Of a stretch of DNA of 64,000 nt, positions 36,522 through 47,707 are shown one piece after another (position 1 is the first letter of the stretch; every line of letters starts with the position of its first letter). The notes beneath the pieces were generated by a model, which was not told the DNA's origin, ran no database searches, and saw nothing but the letters and a program-made list of their open reading frames with translations. Origin of the DNA: Cyanophora paradoxa CCMP329 (taxonomy: Eukaryota > Plantae > Glaucophyta); NCBI GenBank assembly GCA_004431415.1, contig QPMI01000477.1:248001-312000 (forward strand). Reading direction: 5' to 3'. A program made the position numbers and the translations under genes.

Positions 36522-37578
36522 ACACATAGTAAAATGCGGAGTTTTAACCCTCGGCTTATCTTAATTGATTTTGTTGATATATCTCGTATATTCTATTTCA
36601 ATCAATCGATAATCTGTGTATATCTTATCGAATATTCATTTATTTCGATTATTTTGTATTCTTTTCGATATTTTATCGTAAATTTCTCTTATTTTCCGAT
36701 TAGTCTTACTGAGTCTATCGATAATCTGTATATATTTCCGAATAATATAACTGAATCTCAATTAGATCTTGCCTCTGGTTAAAACTCCGCATTTTACTAT
36801 GTGTGATTGGTCTAAAAGTTAATTGATTTAATCGATATTATATTCATGTACTTTCTCGATTAAATTTAATTAAATTTAATTCATTTAATCGGAAATATAT
36901 CGCTAAACTCGATTAAGATCCATAAATGATTCATTTGTTTATATTAACAAATCGATCTCTTATTGAATCCAATCTTAATTATACATGAAAATGATATGTT
37001 ATTATCATGTTTTAATTAGTCTAAGGGGGGACCCTTAGAAAATTGGTGTCACAGGTGTCACAGGTGTCACAGGTCAATCCCAAACTTTTGATAGTTGATT
37101 TTTATATATGTGAAAACTTTGGGATAGACCTGTGACACCTGTGAACAACACCATTTATGGTAAGATCCTCTTTTATAATGAAAAACTCAGTAACAATAAG
37201 TAAGAAGTTTATCTATGTAATTCTACTTGAATAAACAAATGAAATAATCGAGTGTCACAGGTGTCACAGGTCCATCCCAAACTTTTGAAAATTTACTCTT
37301 TATAGGAGAAACTTTGGGATAGACCTGTGACACCTGTGACACATACCATATTCAGTAAGGACCTCATATATTGTTAAAATCTCAGTGTTAGTTGGTGTAG
37401 TTGATTCTAAAAATGCATTTTATACTCTGATTCATTGTTATTTCCTGTGAAATTTGAGTCAACTCAACCCACTTAGTCAACCCTTGCATTGAATTCGTAA
37501 CAAAATCCATATACTATCGATTAATATGAGTCAACCTTGAGTCCACTTTAATTATAGGGGGAATCAAGGGGAGATGCT
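36522..37578 (+). repeat. Left terminal inverted repeat of PLV-2
   Basis: ACACATAGTAAAATGCGGAG...GGGGAGATGCT is the reverse complement, with mismatches and indels, of 62904-63986. Confidence 0.95.
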
Positions 37579-37823
37579 GAGTTTTAGTGTAAGGAAATCG
37601 AACACTATTCGAAATCTTACACTTGATTGTGTAGGGTGCATTCATATTTCGGCTACATCATACAGTAGAATGTCTATTGTAAAAAATGTCCGGAATCCGG
37701 AAAATAATCATTGTAGAAAGCTACTGTAGTAAAAGGATATATTATGTCCTTTTGTTACAATAGCTGATCAATGTTATTGTTAGAAAACAAAGGAATCCTT
37801 TCAAAACTCATTATAGAAACCCA

Positions 37824-38222
37824 TTAAAACGGAAATCTATCATGTTTATGTCTTTCAGTCTTCTCAAATGTGAGGAAATTCATTGTTTTATCGATCTCAT
37901 CAGCAACTGCTTGTGTTTTATGCTGAGCTTCTTTACCACAACTGAATATATCAATTGCTAACATGCCTTCATTGGAATAACAATGAGCTGTACAATGGCT
38001 TTCATCTAATAGCAGAACCAATGCAAAACCAGGAGGTGATACTTTGCCATCAAATATTTCACAATGTTTATGAACAATCCTAATACCTTGTCTCAATATA
38101 GCTTGTTCAAGGGTTCCCATAATCCAATTACCTAGGAAGCTCACATGCTCATGTCCTGTTGCAATAGCTGATTTAGCCTTGTAATCAAGCATAACATGAA
38201 AGCCTCTGTATTTAGTCTCCAT
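37824..38222 (-). CDS. speD: S-adenosylmethionine decarboxylase proenzyme (prokaryotic-type, pyruvoyl)
   Basis: GFHVMLD..PPGFALVLLLDESHCTAHCYSNEGMLAIDIFSCG contains the ESH self-cleavage site and the D-x-F-S/T-CG motif. Confidence 0.88.
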   Translation of the reverse strand: METKYRGFHVMLDYKAKSAIATGHEHVSFLGNWIMGTLEQAILRQGIRIVHKHCEIFDGKVSPPGFALVLLLDESHCTAHCYSNEGMLAIDIFSCGKEAQHKTQAVADEIDKTMNFLTFEKTERHKHDRFPF

Positions 38223-38251
38223 TAAGAATACCTTAGAAAAATTAATTAAAC

Positions 38252-38524
38252 CTAATCGAACCTAATGCAAACATCCCTATACTCTACTCTAATTGATGAA
38301 GTAGCCCTTTTCCTATGTGCTTGACTTTTTCTTTTATTACAGTCCCTACAGCCTGATCCCTTCACATGATTAAAGGGATATGTTAGGATCACCTTGTTAC
38401 ATTGCAAACATCTAACAGATACTTTCTCTTGAGCTTTGATGTAATGTGTCTCACTGTAATCGAATTTATCTTTACCATGGACTGTCATAGCAGCATCAAT
38501 AAACTTTTTTGTTTTAGTATCCAT
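38252..38524 (-). CDS. DUF723-like Zn-binding small protein
   Basis: FIDAAMTVHGKDKFDYSETHYIKAQEKVSVRC..C...PFNHVKGSGCRDC. Confidence 0.7.
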   Translation of the reverse strand: MDTKTKKFIDAAMTVHGKDKFDYSETHYIKAQEKVSVRCLQCNKVILTYPFNHVKGSGCRDCNKRKSQAHRKRATSSIRVEYRDVCIRFD

Positions 38525-38546
38525 ACTCTATATATACCCAATATTC

Positions 38547-39380
38547 TTATGGAGCAGTATCCTGCCCAAAAATGGGGAAATATCGATTTGTCCCATAGTA
38601 CTCAGCATAGGTATTCTGCTTTGCAATAAAATCGGTTCTCTCAGCATATAATACACACTTGTAGATACCAAACTTGGTGGCTCTCACAAGAAACTGATAG
38701 TCTTCCAAACCGAAATTGACTCCATGATAAGCAATTCCGAAATTATCATATGGGGTGATCACAACTGCAAAGTTGGGAGTTCCACCTTCAACTTGACAAA
38801 CAGCATATACATCTGGTGGAATATCTACAACAACCTTGTAGTGGTCACCAATCTCAACAAGAGAGTCTACTACTGCTGTTTGTTCATTTACAACAATGGG
38901 GAATATCTTTATAATGTATGGGGCATTCATACTGGGGACATAGGTTCGAATTCTTGTGTTGGGATCAATGGGATTGGGTTGATCATTCACAAATAGAGGC
39001 GCTCCAACAGCCCCACCAACCCTAAGACCATCACCAATATAAGCTCCCCCCGATTTGCAGTTAATAGCTCCAGACCTAGATTCAAAAGAATAAGTAGACA
39101 GAGGATCTCCATAGCTATCTGGGTCTCCATAATGAGCAGAAAAGTTTGCATTTGTGACAAGTAGCTTAGTTGTCTTAACTATACCATTATTTTTATCACA
39201 TCTGAGTTCCTGTAATCTCAGTTTGTGGGTGGAACCAAAGGTGTTCATTGTAGGTTGGACCTCTGTGGATTGGAGACCTTCCACATCATCAAAAGTAGCA
39301 TGCTGCAGAACATGGTTTGCTGGGGCAGCTAATGATAGCTGTGGTGTAATAATTCGTTCAAGTGGGGGTTGCTCAGCCAT
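38547..39380 (-). CDS. Putative short fibre/spike protein, paralog A
   Basis: Shares ELR.DKN.G.VKTT.LLVTNANF and SGGA.IG.G.RV.G with 39404-40249. Confidence 0.6.
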   Translation of the reverse strand: MAEQPPLERIITPQLSLAAPANHVLQHATFDDVEGLQSTEVQPTMNTFGSTHKLRLQELRCDKNNGIVKTTKLLVTNANFSAHYGDPDSYGDPLSTYSFESRSGAINCKSGGAYIGDGLRVGGAVGAPLFVNDQPNPIDPNTRIRTYVPSMNAPYIIKIFPIVVNEQTAVVDSLVEIGDHYKVVVDIPPDVYAVCQVEGGTPNFAVVITPYDNFGIAYHGVNFGLEDYQFLVRATKFGIYKCVLYAERTDFIAKQNTYAEYYGTNRYFPIFGQDTAP

Positions 39381-39403
39381 TTTACATTAAAGGGATATAT
39401 CTT

Positions 39404-40249
39404 TTATGGGGTGGGTTCATCAATCACATCTGGCTCCATGTAAAACCCTGTTTGAGAAAGAGTATCAGGAGTAACACCTCTAAGAGCTGAGACAGCAGCT
39501 ATATCTGTTCTGATACCCATAACTGTAATTGTATATTTTCCAATATCTGTAACAAACAGATCATAGGTGAAATTGTTATTATAAACACAGAACCCTGTGC
39601 CAAAATGATCATATCCCTGAACACTGAAATTGTATCTGTGACCTGGCTGGTTATTGTTGGCTCTACATAAAGAAAGCATTGCAGAAGGAATGACCAGCCC
39701 TCTCATTACTCTTTTGGTTCCTTCAATCAATTCAGAGTTTTCAAGTGTGACAGTATAACCTTGGTAAAATTGAATAAGTGGCTGTTGTGCAACTGGTATA
39801 TATAATCGAATTCGTTGGGGGTCTTCAACATTCTGCTCAAGAGTATCTGGGACATCATTATACGAAATTGAGGATGAGAGTTGACCTGAAACTCTGCAGC
39901 CACCCCCAATAAATGCTCCTCCTGATCTCACAGTAAGAGCTGCAGAATTCTTATCGAAATCCAGGGCTTTCAGATCAACACTGTAAGCATCAGGACCTCC
40001 ATTTGTAGGCTGGAAAAAGTTAGCATTTGTGACAAGAAGTCGAGTTGTTTTAACCACACCAGAATTCTTATCAGCTCTCAGCTCTTTAACTCGAATAATC
40101 GAATTCTTATCAAAGGAGTTACCATTGGAATTGGGTCTCTCTGTGGATTCTAAGCCACGAACCTCATCATTTACTTCATGCTGGCGAAAATGCATTGCAG
40201 GGGATCCAAGGGAATATATAGGCAGTTGAACTCGATTATATTCACCCAT
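39404..40249 (-). CDS. Putative short fibre/spike protein, paralog B
   Basis: Tandem paralog of 38547-39380. Confidence 0.6.
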   Translation of the reverse strand: MGEYNRVQLPIYSLGSPAMHFRQHEVNDEVRGLESTERPNSNGNSFDKNSIIRVKELRADKNSGVVKTTRLLVTNANFFQPTNGGPDAYSVDLKALDFDKNSAALTVRSGGAFIGGGCRVSGQLSSSISYNDVPDTLEQNVEDPQRIRLYIPVAQQPLIQFYQGYTVTLENSELIEGTKRVMRGLVIPSAMLSLCRANNNQPGHRYNFSVQGYDHFGTGFCVYNNNFTYDLFVTDIGKYTITVMGIRTDIAAVSALRGVTPDTLSQTGFYMEPDVIDEPTP

Positions 40250-40288
40250 TGCTTCTTTTACTAAGAAGGAAAGAAAAATAAACTACCA

Positions 40289-40594
40289 TCAAGCCAAAGT
40301 GATTAAATTCGATCCAAGGGATTGGTAAACAGTTGAAAGAACTTGCAGGTTGGATGTCATTGCTTTAATGTTGTTATCACACTCATTGTATTTAGCAACA
40401 GGGTCACCATATGCAGCTTGAGCAAGGACATTAACCAAGAGGTTTTTATACTCATTTACAACTGGTGAGAGCTTGTTAGTTTGCTGAATCGTTTTTTCAA
40501 CTGTTTGTAATGCGTTTACAAGGGTGATTGTATCAAAAGAAAGCGCAACAGGCTCAGTAGAATAGGTGGTTCCACCAAGTGGATAGGTCGCCAT
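40289..40594 (-). CDS. Hypothetical protein
   Basis: 101-aa ORF tightly packed behind the fibre gene. Confidence 0.6.
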   Translation of the reverse strand: MATYPLGGTTYSTEPVALSFDTITLVNALQTVEKTIQQTNKLSPVVNEYKNLLVNVLAQAAYGDPVAKYNECDNNIKAMTSNLQVLSTVYQSLGSNLITLA

Positions 40595-40597
40595 TTA

Positions 40598-43500
40598 TTA
40601 TACTGTGACATTTTTAATTTGGTCTATTTGACTTTGGAGATTTTCACATGTTTGTGTTAAATATTTGCATTTCTGGGATAATTCCTTTACAGCTTCTATG
40701 AGAACTGGAATTAAACCGGTGTATTCGAGAGCTAAGTAGCCATCGTCTTGTTTTGCTCTCACAACTTCTGGTATTACCTGTTGCACATCTTGCGCAATTA
40801 AACCTAATCTTGTTCCATCTTTTTCACTTCCGATTCGTTTAAAACTCACTCCTTCTAATTTCTCTATTGCTGAAAGAGCGCCAGTTATCTTTTTAATATC
40901 GGTTTTGTATCTTCTATCGCTACCTTGTCCGAGATAGTTTCTAACCCACATGTATCCATCATCATTTATAAATGCTACATGTGTATCCCACGTATTTCTA
41001 AATTCTACTACTGTTGTTGCATGTCCTCTAATATATGTAGTTGATGCTGAACCGAAATATATTCTTGAATAACCTTCACTTGAAGTAATCCAAGTTCCGG
41101 TTGCCCAAGTTGTGCGTTCATCTTTACTAAAAACGTTATCCCAACTTATAAAACCATTTGCTGGGGCTGTTCTTCCTTTTTCTTTTGTCCATCCAATCAT
41201 ACCAATATGACATCTCCCTTTTCTTGCAACAAATCTTACATGGGAGAATGTATCACAATGGAAAGAAGTCCATGTTAAGCCATCATGCCAATCTGAATCG
41301 TAATTATTTGAAACGGCTTGGTAGCAATTCACCCTCATAATGTGATGCCACCTCCCATTTCGATAACCTCCAATATCAAAATATCTGCAATTTGTCCAAC
41401 ACATATACTGAACATGACATGTTTTCATATTGGCTGGGACTTCAATTTGCGCCCAACCACCATCTGTTTCATCGCCTGAAATGTTACTATAAAATCCATC
41501 GACTGGATTTGTGTAGGTTGGTGTCCAACCTGTTGTCCAAGATCCACTAAATGATAAGCTGTAAGAACCTGTTCCACTCCAAGTATCAAAACCTGTAATG
41601 TTTCCTATCGAATTAGTCACATTTGTTAATGTAAGCATAGAAGGTTTACTATAAACATTATCCCAGTGGATAAAACCTGTGTGACCACCATAACTGGATC
41701 CATTCCATACTTTCATAAAACTAATACCCATAATGTGAACCCTTCCAACTTTTGCATAAATCCGAATGCGAATAAAACGATTTCCAAGATGGATTTGAAC
41801 ATTATTTACACCACTATGGTTACCATCTGCTGAGGTGCTATATGGGTTGTAACTGTTGACAGTTGTAATATAAATACCATTTCCTTGTCGATTAATTCCC
41901 CAAATCTCAAACAATCGACAGTTCCCCCAAGGTAAATATGTTAAATATGCTGTTCCTGTGTGTAAACCATCGGGTATATTGTATTCTATCCAAGCGGAAG
42001 AAGTTTGGTCATCAACTTCATTATTAAATGCATACCCACCATAATTATAATATGGATCCCATGATGATCCATACCCGAAATTCCAACCAGAAGAATAATT
42101 ATATGGAGAACTACCTGCAACTGAGGCATCTCCTGTGTGAAACTTTGGAACAGCATTACCATTTATTTGGAGATTTGTAGTAGCATTTATAGTGGTTGCT
42201 GTAATGGTATTATTTACCCAAAGGTTACCATTGTCATAAGATTTTAATAATGCTGTATCTCCTGAGTTTCTAAATTCGATAGAGACACCTTCACCATTCC
42301 CATACCCTCGAATATATGTTGTATTCCCACTACCAAACCAAAACCTTGGAATATTATCTGTTGATTTGTGCCAGTCCACAGAGTTCACTGTCAATAGATC
42401 ACCTAAAACGTTAGGGACTTCTGCCTTTGTTGCATAAGTGCCTGCAAAATCAGGTTTACTAAATACATTATCCCAAGAGATCATGCCCAATTCATTATCT
42501 GTTGCTCTCTGTCTGCTCCACCCAAAAACACCTGTGAGATGAATGCGACCTTTTCGACCTTGAACATAAATATATTTGTAAAACTCGCAATTGATAGAGA
42601 CAAACAAGATTGTATTATGTGTTCCATCCTGATTCACCTGTTGAATTCCCTGATAGGCATTTACTCGTTTTAAGAAATGTTGATATCCATTAGTTGTTTG
42701 CCCATAGATATCGAAATATCTGCAATTATACCAAGGCATGTGCTGGATATAAAATGATTTCATACCTGTGGGAATGAGCCATCTCATCCAACAACCACTG
42801 CAATCTTCATCGTTTTGTGGTGTGGTGTAGCAACCATTTTGCCCTGTTCTTGATGCCCATGTAACAGTCCAGTTATCTGGAGATCTGTCTGTCGAAATAA
42901 CATCTAATTGGTCGAAATCATAACCTTTTGGTATTGTGGTTCCCCCAATTTGTAGAGTGGTAGCATTCACAGTTCCATTAACAGTTCCACCTGTAAGAGG
43001 TAAATAATTCCCAAGAGCTGCTGTCAACTCTGCATCTGTTGCATAGCTATTTAAACTGGCTGAGGTCAGATATCCTTTATTGTTAAGGTAATCATCTGTC
43101 ACTACTCCTGAAAGGGTGGTATTGTGTAAGTTCTTTGCTGCCATCCTCTGATTGACTTCTAAGGCTCCACCTGATGTCGTTTTAATCCAAGCAATCTCGC
43201 ATTTTCCATGATCATCTGTGGGTTGTCCCGCAACAGGAAGGTAGTTTACAACTTTCTCCCTTGTGAACACAATTTTAGGTCTTGCTCCATCATATGCGCT
43301 TTGATCTGTAACGTTTATTTGAATAGCTGCTGAAAAATCGGCTACTTGTCCTGTTTCACCTGGGTGATAATTTGTAACATAGATACTGGGGAAAGTATCA
43401 TTAACACCCACATTAAAATCGCCATCATAAACTCCATTTACAATTGGATCCCTGGGTAATCTTACTGCAAGAGTTCCCACCATTGGAGTGCCTGTTTGAC

Positions 43501-46107
43501 CTGTAAAAGTCCCATTGAGACTAACATAATGATCATTCAAATACAATCTTTCAGGTGTATTACTCGATTGGTAAAGTGTGACTCCATTGAAAACATTTCC
43601 GATTGCATTCAACTGTGCAAACACTGGTTGTTGATCGATTTCACTCCAAGGGTGTCTGTGATTGCAGTTGGTGATCTGGGAATAATCATGACTGTGTGGA
43701 TCAGGTGGAAAGGTTAATGGTGGATTTGTTATATGCTCCCATAAATGCTCATGAGAACTCGGTGGGAAGGTTAATGGTGGATTTGTTATATGCTCCCATA
43801 AATGCTCATGTGCAAAATCTGTTATTTCATCTTTTGTGTGGGTGTGGTTATCGATCCAACCTAAAACTACATTGGATGTAGGATGATTTGGTAGATTTGC
43901 TTCAATATTCACAGTCAAATAGTCAACTTCTAGATTACTCCCGTAAATATTACTTGCCCATAGGTTACTTGTGAAAATGTTACTTGTATAAAGGTTACTG
44001 GTGTAGATATTGGAAGTGACTGTAAGATTTGTGTCATTTTTGATCACAAAAAGAGAAAGAATATTTGTGAGTTCACCTTCATCAATATATCCTTGCTCTT
44101 CTAAATAATCCTCTGTGACTACTCTCGAAATATTTTCATTGTGTATGTTTTTTGCAGCCATTCTTTGATTGGCTTCCAGAACCCCACCATAATCTGTTTT
44201 AATCCATGCAAGCTCTGCCCTTCCATAATTATCATTTGCAGTTCCCACTATGGGAATGTAGGAATACTTATCTCGACTGAAAACTATCATTGGTCTTGAG
44301 CCATCTAAGCTGCTTACATCTGCTACATGAACCTGTATAGCAGAGTTGTAATTTTGGTAGGTTGCTGGGTCTGTTGGGACTCTGAATGTATCTGTGGGAA
44401 TGTCAGCCTCCATGTAGCTTGACACAAAGATATTTGGTATGGTTGCTCCTGGTGGTGGTGGGGTTTCAAAAGAGCCTGGTAATGTCCTAATATGAAGTGG
44501 TCCTCTCATAGCTGAATTTGCAAGTGTCCCATTCACATGTACATAGTGTTCATTCAAAAAGATTCTTTCAGGGATATTACAAGTCTGGTAAAGAGAAACC
44601 CCCAAGTTATCAAGAGGCTCCACCTTTGCGAATTCTGGTTGGTCATTGATCTCATCCCAAATATGTTCATGTTTGCTTGGTGGGAACTCAGTTGGAATCC
44701 CATCAATTTCACCCCAATCATGCCTGTGATCTTCTGGTGGATACTTCTGAGGTTTGCCTAAGATCTCATCCCAATCATGATTGTGATCCTCTGGGGATAC
44801 TTTGCAGGTTTATTATTAATTTGTTCATAATCAGGAAAGAACTCCCAGATCTCAGGTCGAAATCCATCTGGTAATAATTCCTCATGGGGTTCATAAGGTT
44901 GCTCATAATCAACAGCTGGTGGATCATGCCCATCTGGCAAATACTCCTCATCAGGTTCATAGTTCTGCTCATACTCAAACTCTTGGGGATCTAAGCCATC
45001 TGGTAGTATCTCCTCCTCATTGGGGTCAAACTGATCATATTCATATTCTTGTGGGTCAAAACCATCTGGTAAATATTCTTCCTCATCTGGAACGAATTGA
45101 TATTCATCAAGCTCTAATATATCGACTTCAGGAGGTAAATACTGCTCATCTATTTGCTTTCTGGGTTCAATTATAGGTTTATTGCGAACTTGCTCCCAAC
45201 TAACAATATGCTGCCCAAAGGCTACATCTTCAGTTGCTGTGTATTCTCTTCCAGGCTGTTTCTTTGGTGTTAGATCGGGTGGGCCATTGGGAAATGGAAT
45301 AGGGAATGGGACAGTAGGTCCATTGGGACCATAATGCTCAATGATTTCCCTTAGAGTTTTCTCACTAACAAGCTTCTCTCCATTTGCATACACATTGCTG
45401 CCATGGATATTTCGCCATTGCCTGGTTCGAATTCCAAGGTCTTTCACATTGCTATACAAAGGCAAAAGGTGCCTATCCATTTCGACTAAATCAGGATGCA
45501 AATGGATTGCTACTGGTTGACTGGGGCTACTGTTGATTGTAATTGATGGCTTTTTTTGATGGACATCTTTTGGAGTAAAGAACCCAAAAGGCTCATTTCT
45601 TGCAAAGTCATATGTAATATCCTTGGGGTAGACATCATTTGTGTAGGAGACCTGATTTGTATTGGCAATGGGACCCACTTGCAATACTTGGGGGACCTCT
45701 GCTTTTGGAGTGCTGCCCTCATTGTAAATTCGCAAACCTGTGTTCTGTTTGCCCTGCTCATCTTGAACATTGAAAACCAAACGACCACTATCAAACCTGG
45801 AAGGTATATCTGGATGGGTGCCACTGGTTTTCAGTTTCCTAGGTCTCCTTCTTGTTGCTTTGATCTCTGCAACTTGGTTGGCTTTCACATTACCCAAACT
45901 AAAGGCTACACTGACATCCTCTTTATCTGGATCAGTTTGATTCACAGATAAAGCATGCTCCCTTGATTGAGTCTTTGATGAATTATCAGAGCTGTGGTCA
46001 ATTGAAACTGAACCCTTTACTTTAATATTATCAAAGTTCACATGCTTGGTGCTGCTTGCATTATCATCTTGAATGGTTTCTAGATTGGGTGGGTAATTGA
46101 AGCTCAT
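40598..46107 (-). CDS. Long tail-fibre-like protein with C-terminal intramolecular chaperone (peptidase S74); ORFs 44758-46107 and 40598-44623 joined by a 1-nt frameshift near 44795
   Basis: SDRRYKTDIKKI..LGLIAQDVQQVIPEVV..LEYTGLIPVLIEAVKEL, plus HxH fibre repeats. The intervening DNA reads GKPQKYPPEDHRHDW..HEHIWDEINDQP in frame with the downstream ORF. Confidence 0.85.
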
Positions 46108-46150
46108 GGCTTTTACTATATGGATTTATAAAATTCCTGATAAGTAAAAG

Positions 46151-47707
46151 ATGCCTCTCAAAGTAGTTCTCAGTTTGTCAGGGGGAGGTGCAAGGGGCAT
46201 TATCATAACCAGGCTGCTCAAAGAAATCGAAAATCGAACTGGCAGGAGAATAATCGATCTTGTGGATCTTGTGAGTGGAACTTCCACTGGTGGGATCATT
46301 GCAATCGGTTTGAATATAAGGCATCCTGATAAACCAGGTGAACCTAAACTCACAGCAAACGATTTACACAATATTTACCTAACTCAACTGCCCTTGATTT
46401 TCGCAAATCCTCGAAATATAATCGAAAATGCCCTTTTTAATACAAAGTATGATGTGGGACCCTTGGAGACTGCAATCAATTCAGTTACTGGTGAATCACT
46501 AATACAGGATTCCCTAAAGGACATTGTAATCACATCCTTTGATACTCAGAATATGAAACCAATATTTATCACAAATGATAACAATTACAACTTTATGCCT
46601 TGTAAGATTGCTGCTAGGGCTACCTCTGCTGCTCCTACATATTTCTCTCCTGTAAGCATTGTTGATTTCAATCGGGGAGTATTTGTCTGTCTCATTGATG
46701 GTGCCATTTCGGGAAACAATAATCCCAGTGTGTGTGGTTACAGCCATGCAAAGAAGATTTACAGTGATGATGATGATATTATAGTAATAAGTATCTCTTG
46801 TGGTGAGGTGGACCCACATTTAGAGTCTGATTATGTGGGTTATGCTTATGAGACTGTGAACAGCTGGGGCATTCTCTCATGGATTGCCTCAACAGATGGA
46901 AGCCCATTGATTAACATGCTCATGGCTGCAAGTGAGCTTTCTGCCCTTGATAAGATGGAGGAGTTGTTACCCTACAACTATGATCAGGATTATGGGAGAT
47001 ATTACAGGCTATCAGTACCTCTTCCAAATCACATAGTAAGCTCCCTGGATGACACATCTAAAATCCCAGACATGCTTTCCTTCACTGAAACTTACATAGC
47101 AGCAAACAATGATATGATTAATAAGCTTTGCAGCCTTTTAGTAGCAAACTATGAACTAAAGAACCCTACAAAGGCTTACATTTCATCCACTCTCACTACA
47201 TCACCACCTTTGGATGCTAATTGGTATCAGCTTGCAGATGATGCCTTCACTGCCTCATCCTCTGTGACTGGTAAAGAGCCTTTCATGGCTAGACCTTCAG
47301 CATTTGGCTGGGAAGCTGGAGCCTATGCTCCTGAGCAGATATGGGAAACCCCCACTGAATACCTTCAAGTTGCTTTTCCATATACTTTTGAACTCTCTTC
47401 TGTGATTGCCTATGGATCAGGGGACACCAATGCTTTTATTAAGACTTTCAATGTGGCAACATCCACTGATGGGATCAACTGGTCTTTTATTCGATCAGAT
47501 GGGCAAAACAAAATATATGTCTGTGAGAACATTAACAATGCTCACAACTCAGGTGATGTGGCTCTATTGAGTGGATTTCCTCTCAGCATCAAGGATGCTT
47601 TTTACATAGGTTATTCTCTGAGAATAAGGTATATTCGCATTTATCCCCTTGTGTATGTGAATGCTCCCACAATGAGAGTTGACTTTACAGGTGCCTTTAT
47701 TCGATAA
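46151..47707 (+). CDS. Patatin-like phospholipase fused to a C-terminal F5/8 type C (discoidin) domain
   Basis: LSLSGGGARG, GTSTG, ATSAAPTYF and DGA motifs; C-terminal AFTASSS..EYLQVAF..STDGINWS..RYIRIYP..MRVDF. Confidence 0.88.
   Translation: MPLKVVLSLSGGGARGIIITRLLKEIENRTGRRIIDLVDLVSGTSTGGIIAIGLNIRHPDKPGEPKLTANDLHNIYLTQLPLIFANPRNIIENALFNTKYDVGPLETAINSVTGESLIQDSLKDIVITSFDTQNMKPIFITNDNNYNFMPCKIAARATSAAPTYFSPVSIVDFNRGVFVCLIDGAISGNNNPSVCGYSHAKKIYSDDDDIIVISISCGEVDPHLESDYVGYAYETVNSWGILSWIASTDGSPLINMLMAASELSALDKMEELLPYNYDQDYGRYYRLSVPLPNHIVSSLDDTSKIPDMLSFTETYIAANNDMINKLCSLLVANYELKNPTKAYISSTLTTSPPLDANWYQLADDAFTASSSVTGKEPFMARPSAFGWEAGAYAPEQIWETPTEYLQVAFPYTFELSSVIAYGSGDTNAFIKTFNVATSTDGINWSFIRSDGQNKIYVCENINNAHNSGDVALLSGFPLSIKDAFYIGYSLRIRYIRIYPLVYVNAPTMRVDFTGAFIR

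Noticed and set aside
36522-36527. ACACAT/ATGTGT as a 6-bp TSD around AG...CT Polinton ends
   Set aside because: The two hexamers are inverted rather than direct, and they recur in the internal copies of the terminal motif.
35370-44623. Diversity-generating retroelement (RT near a fibre gene)
   Set aside because: The RT is LINE-type and lies outside the virus; no adenine-mismatched TR/VR pair was seen.
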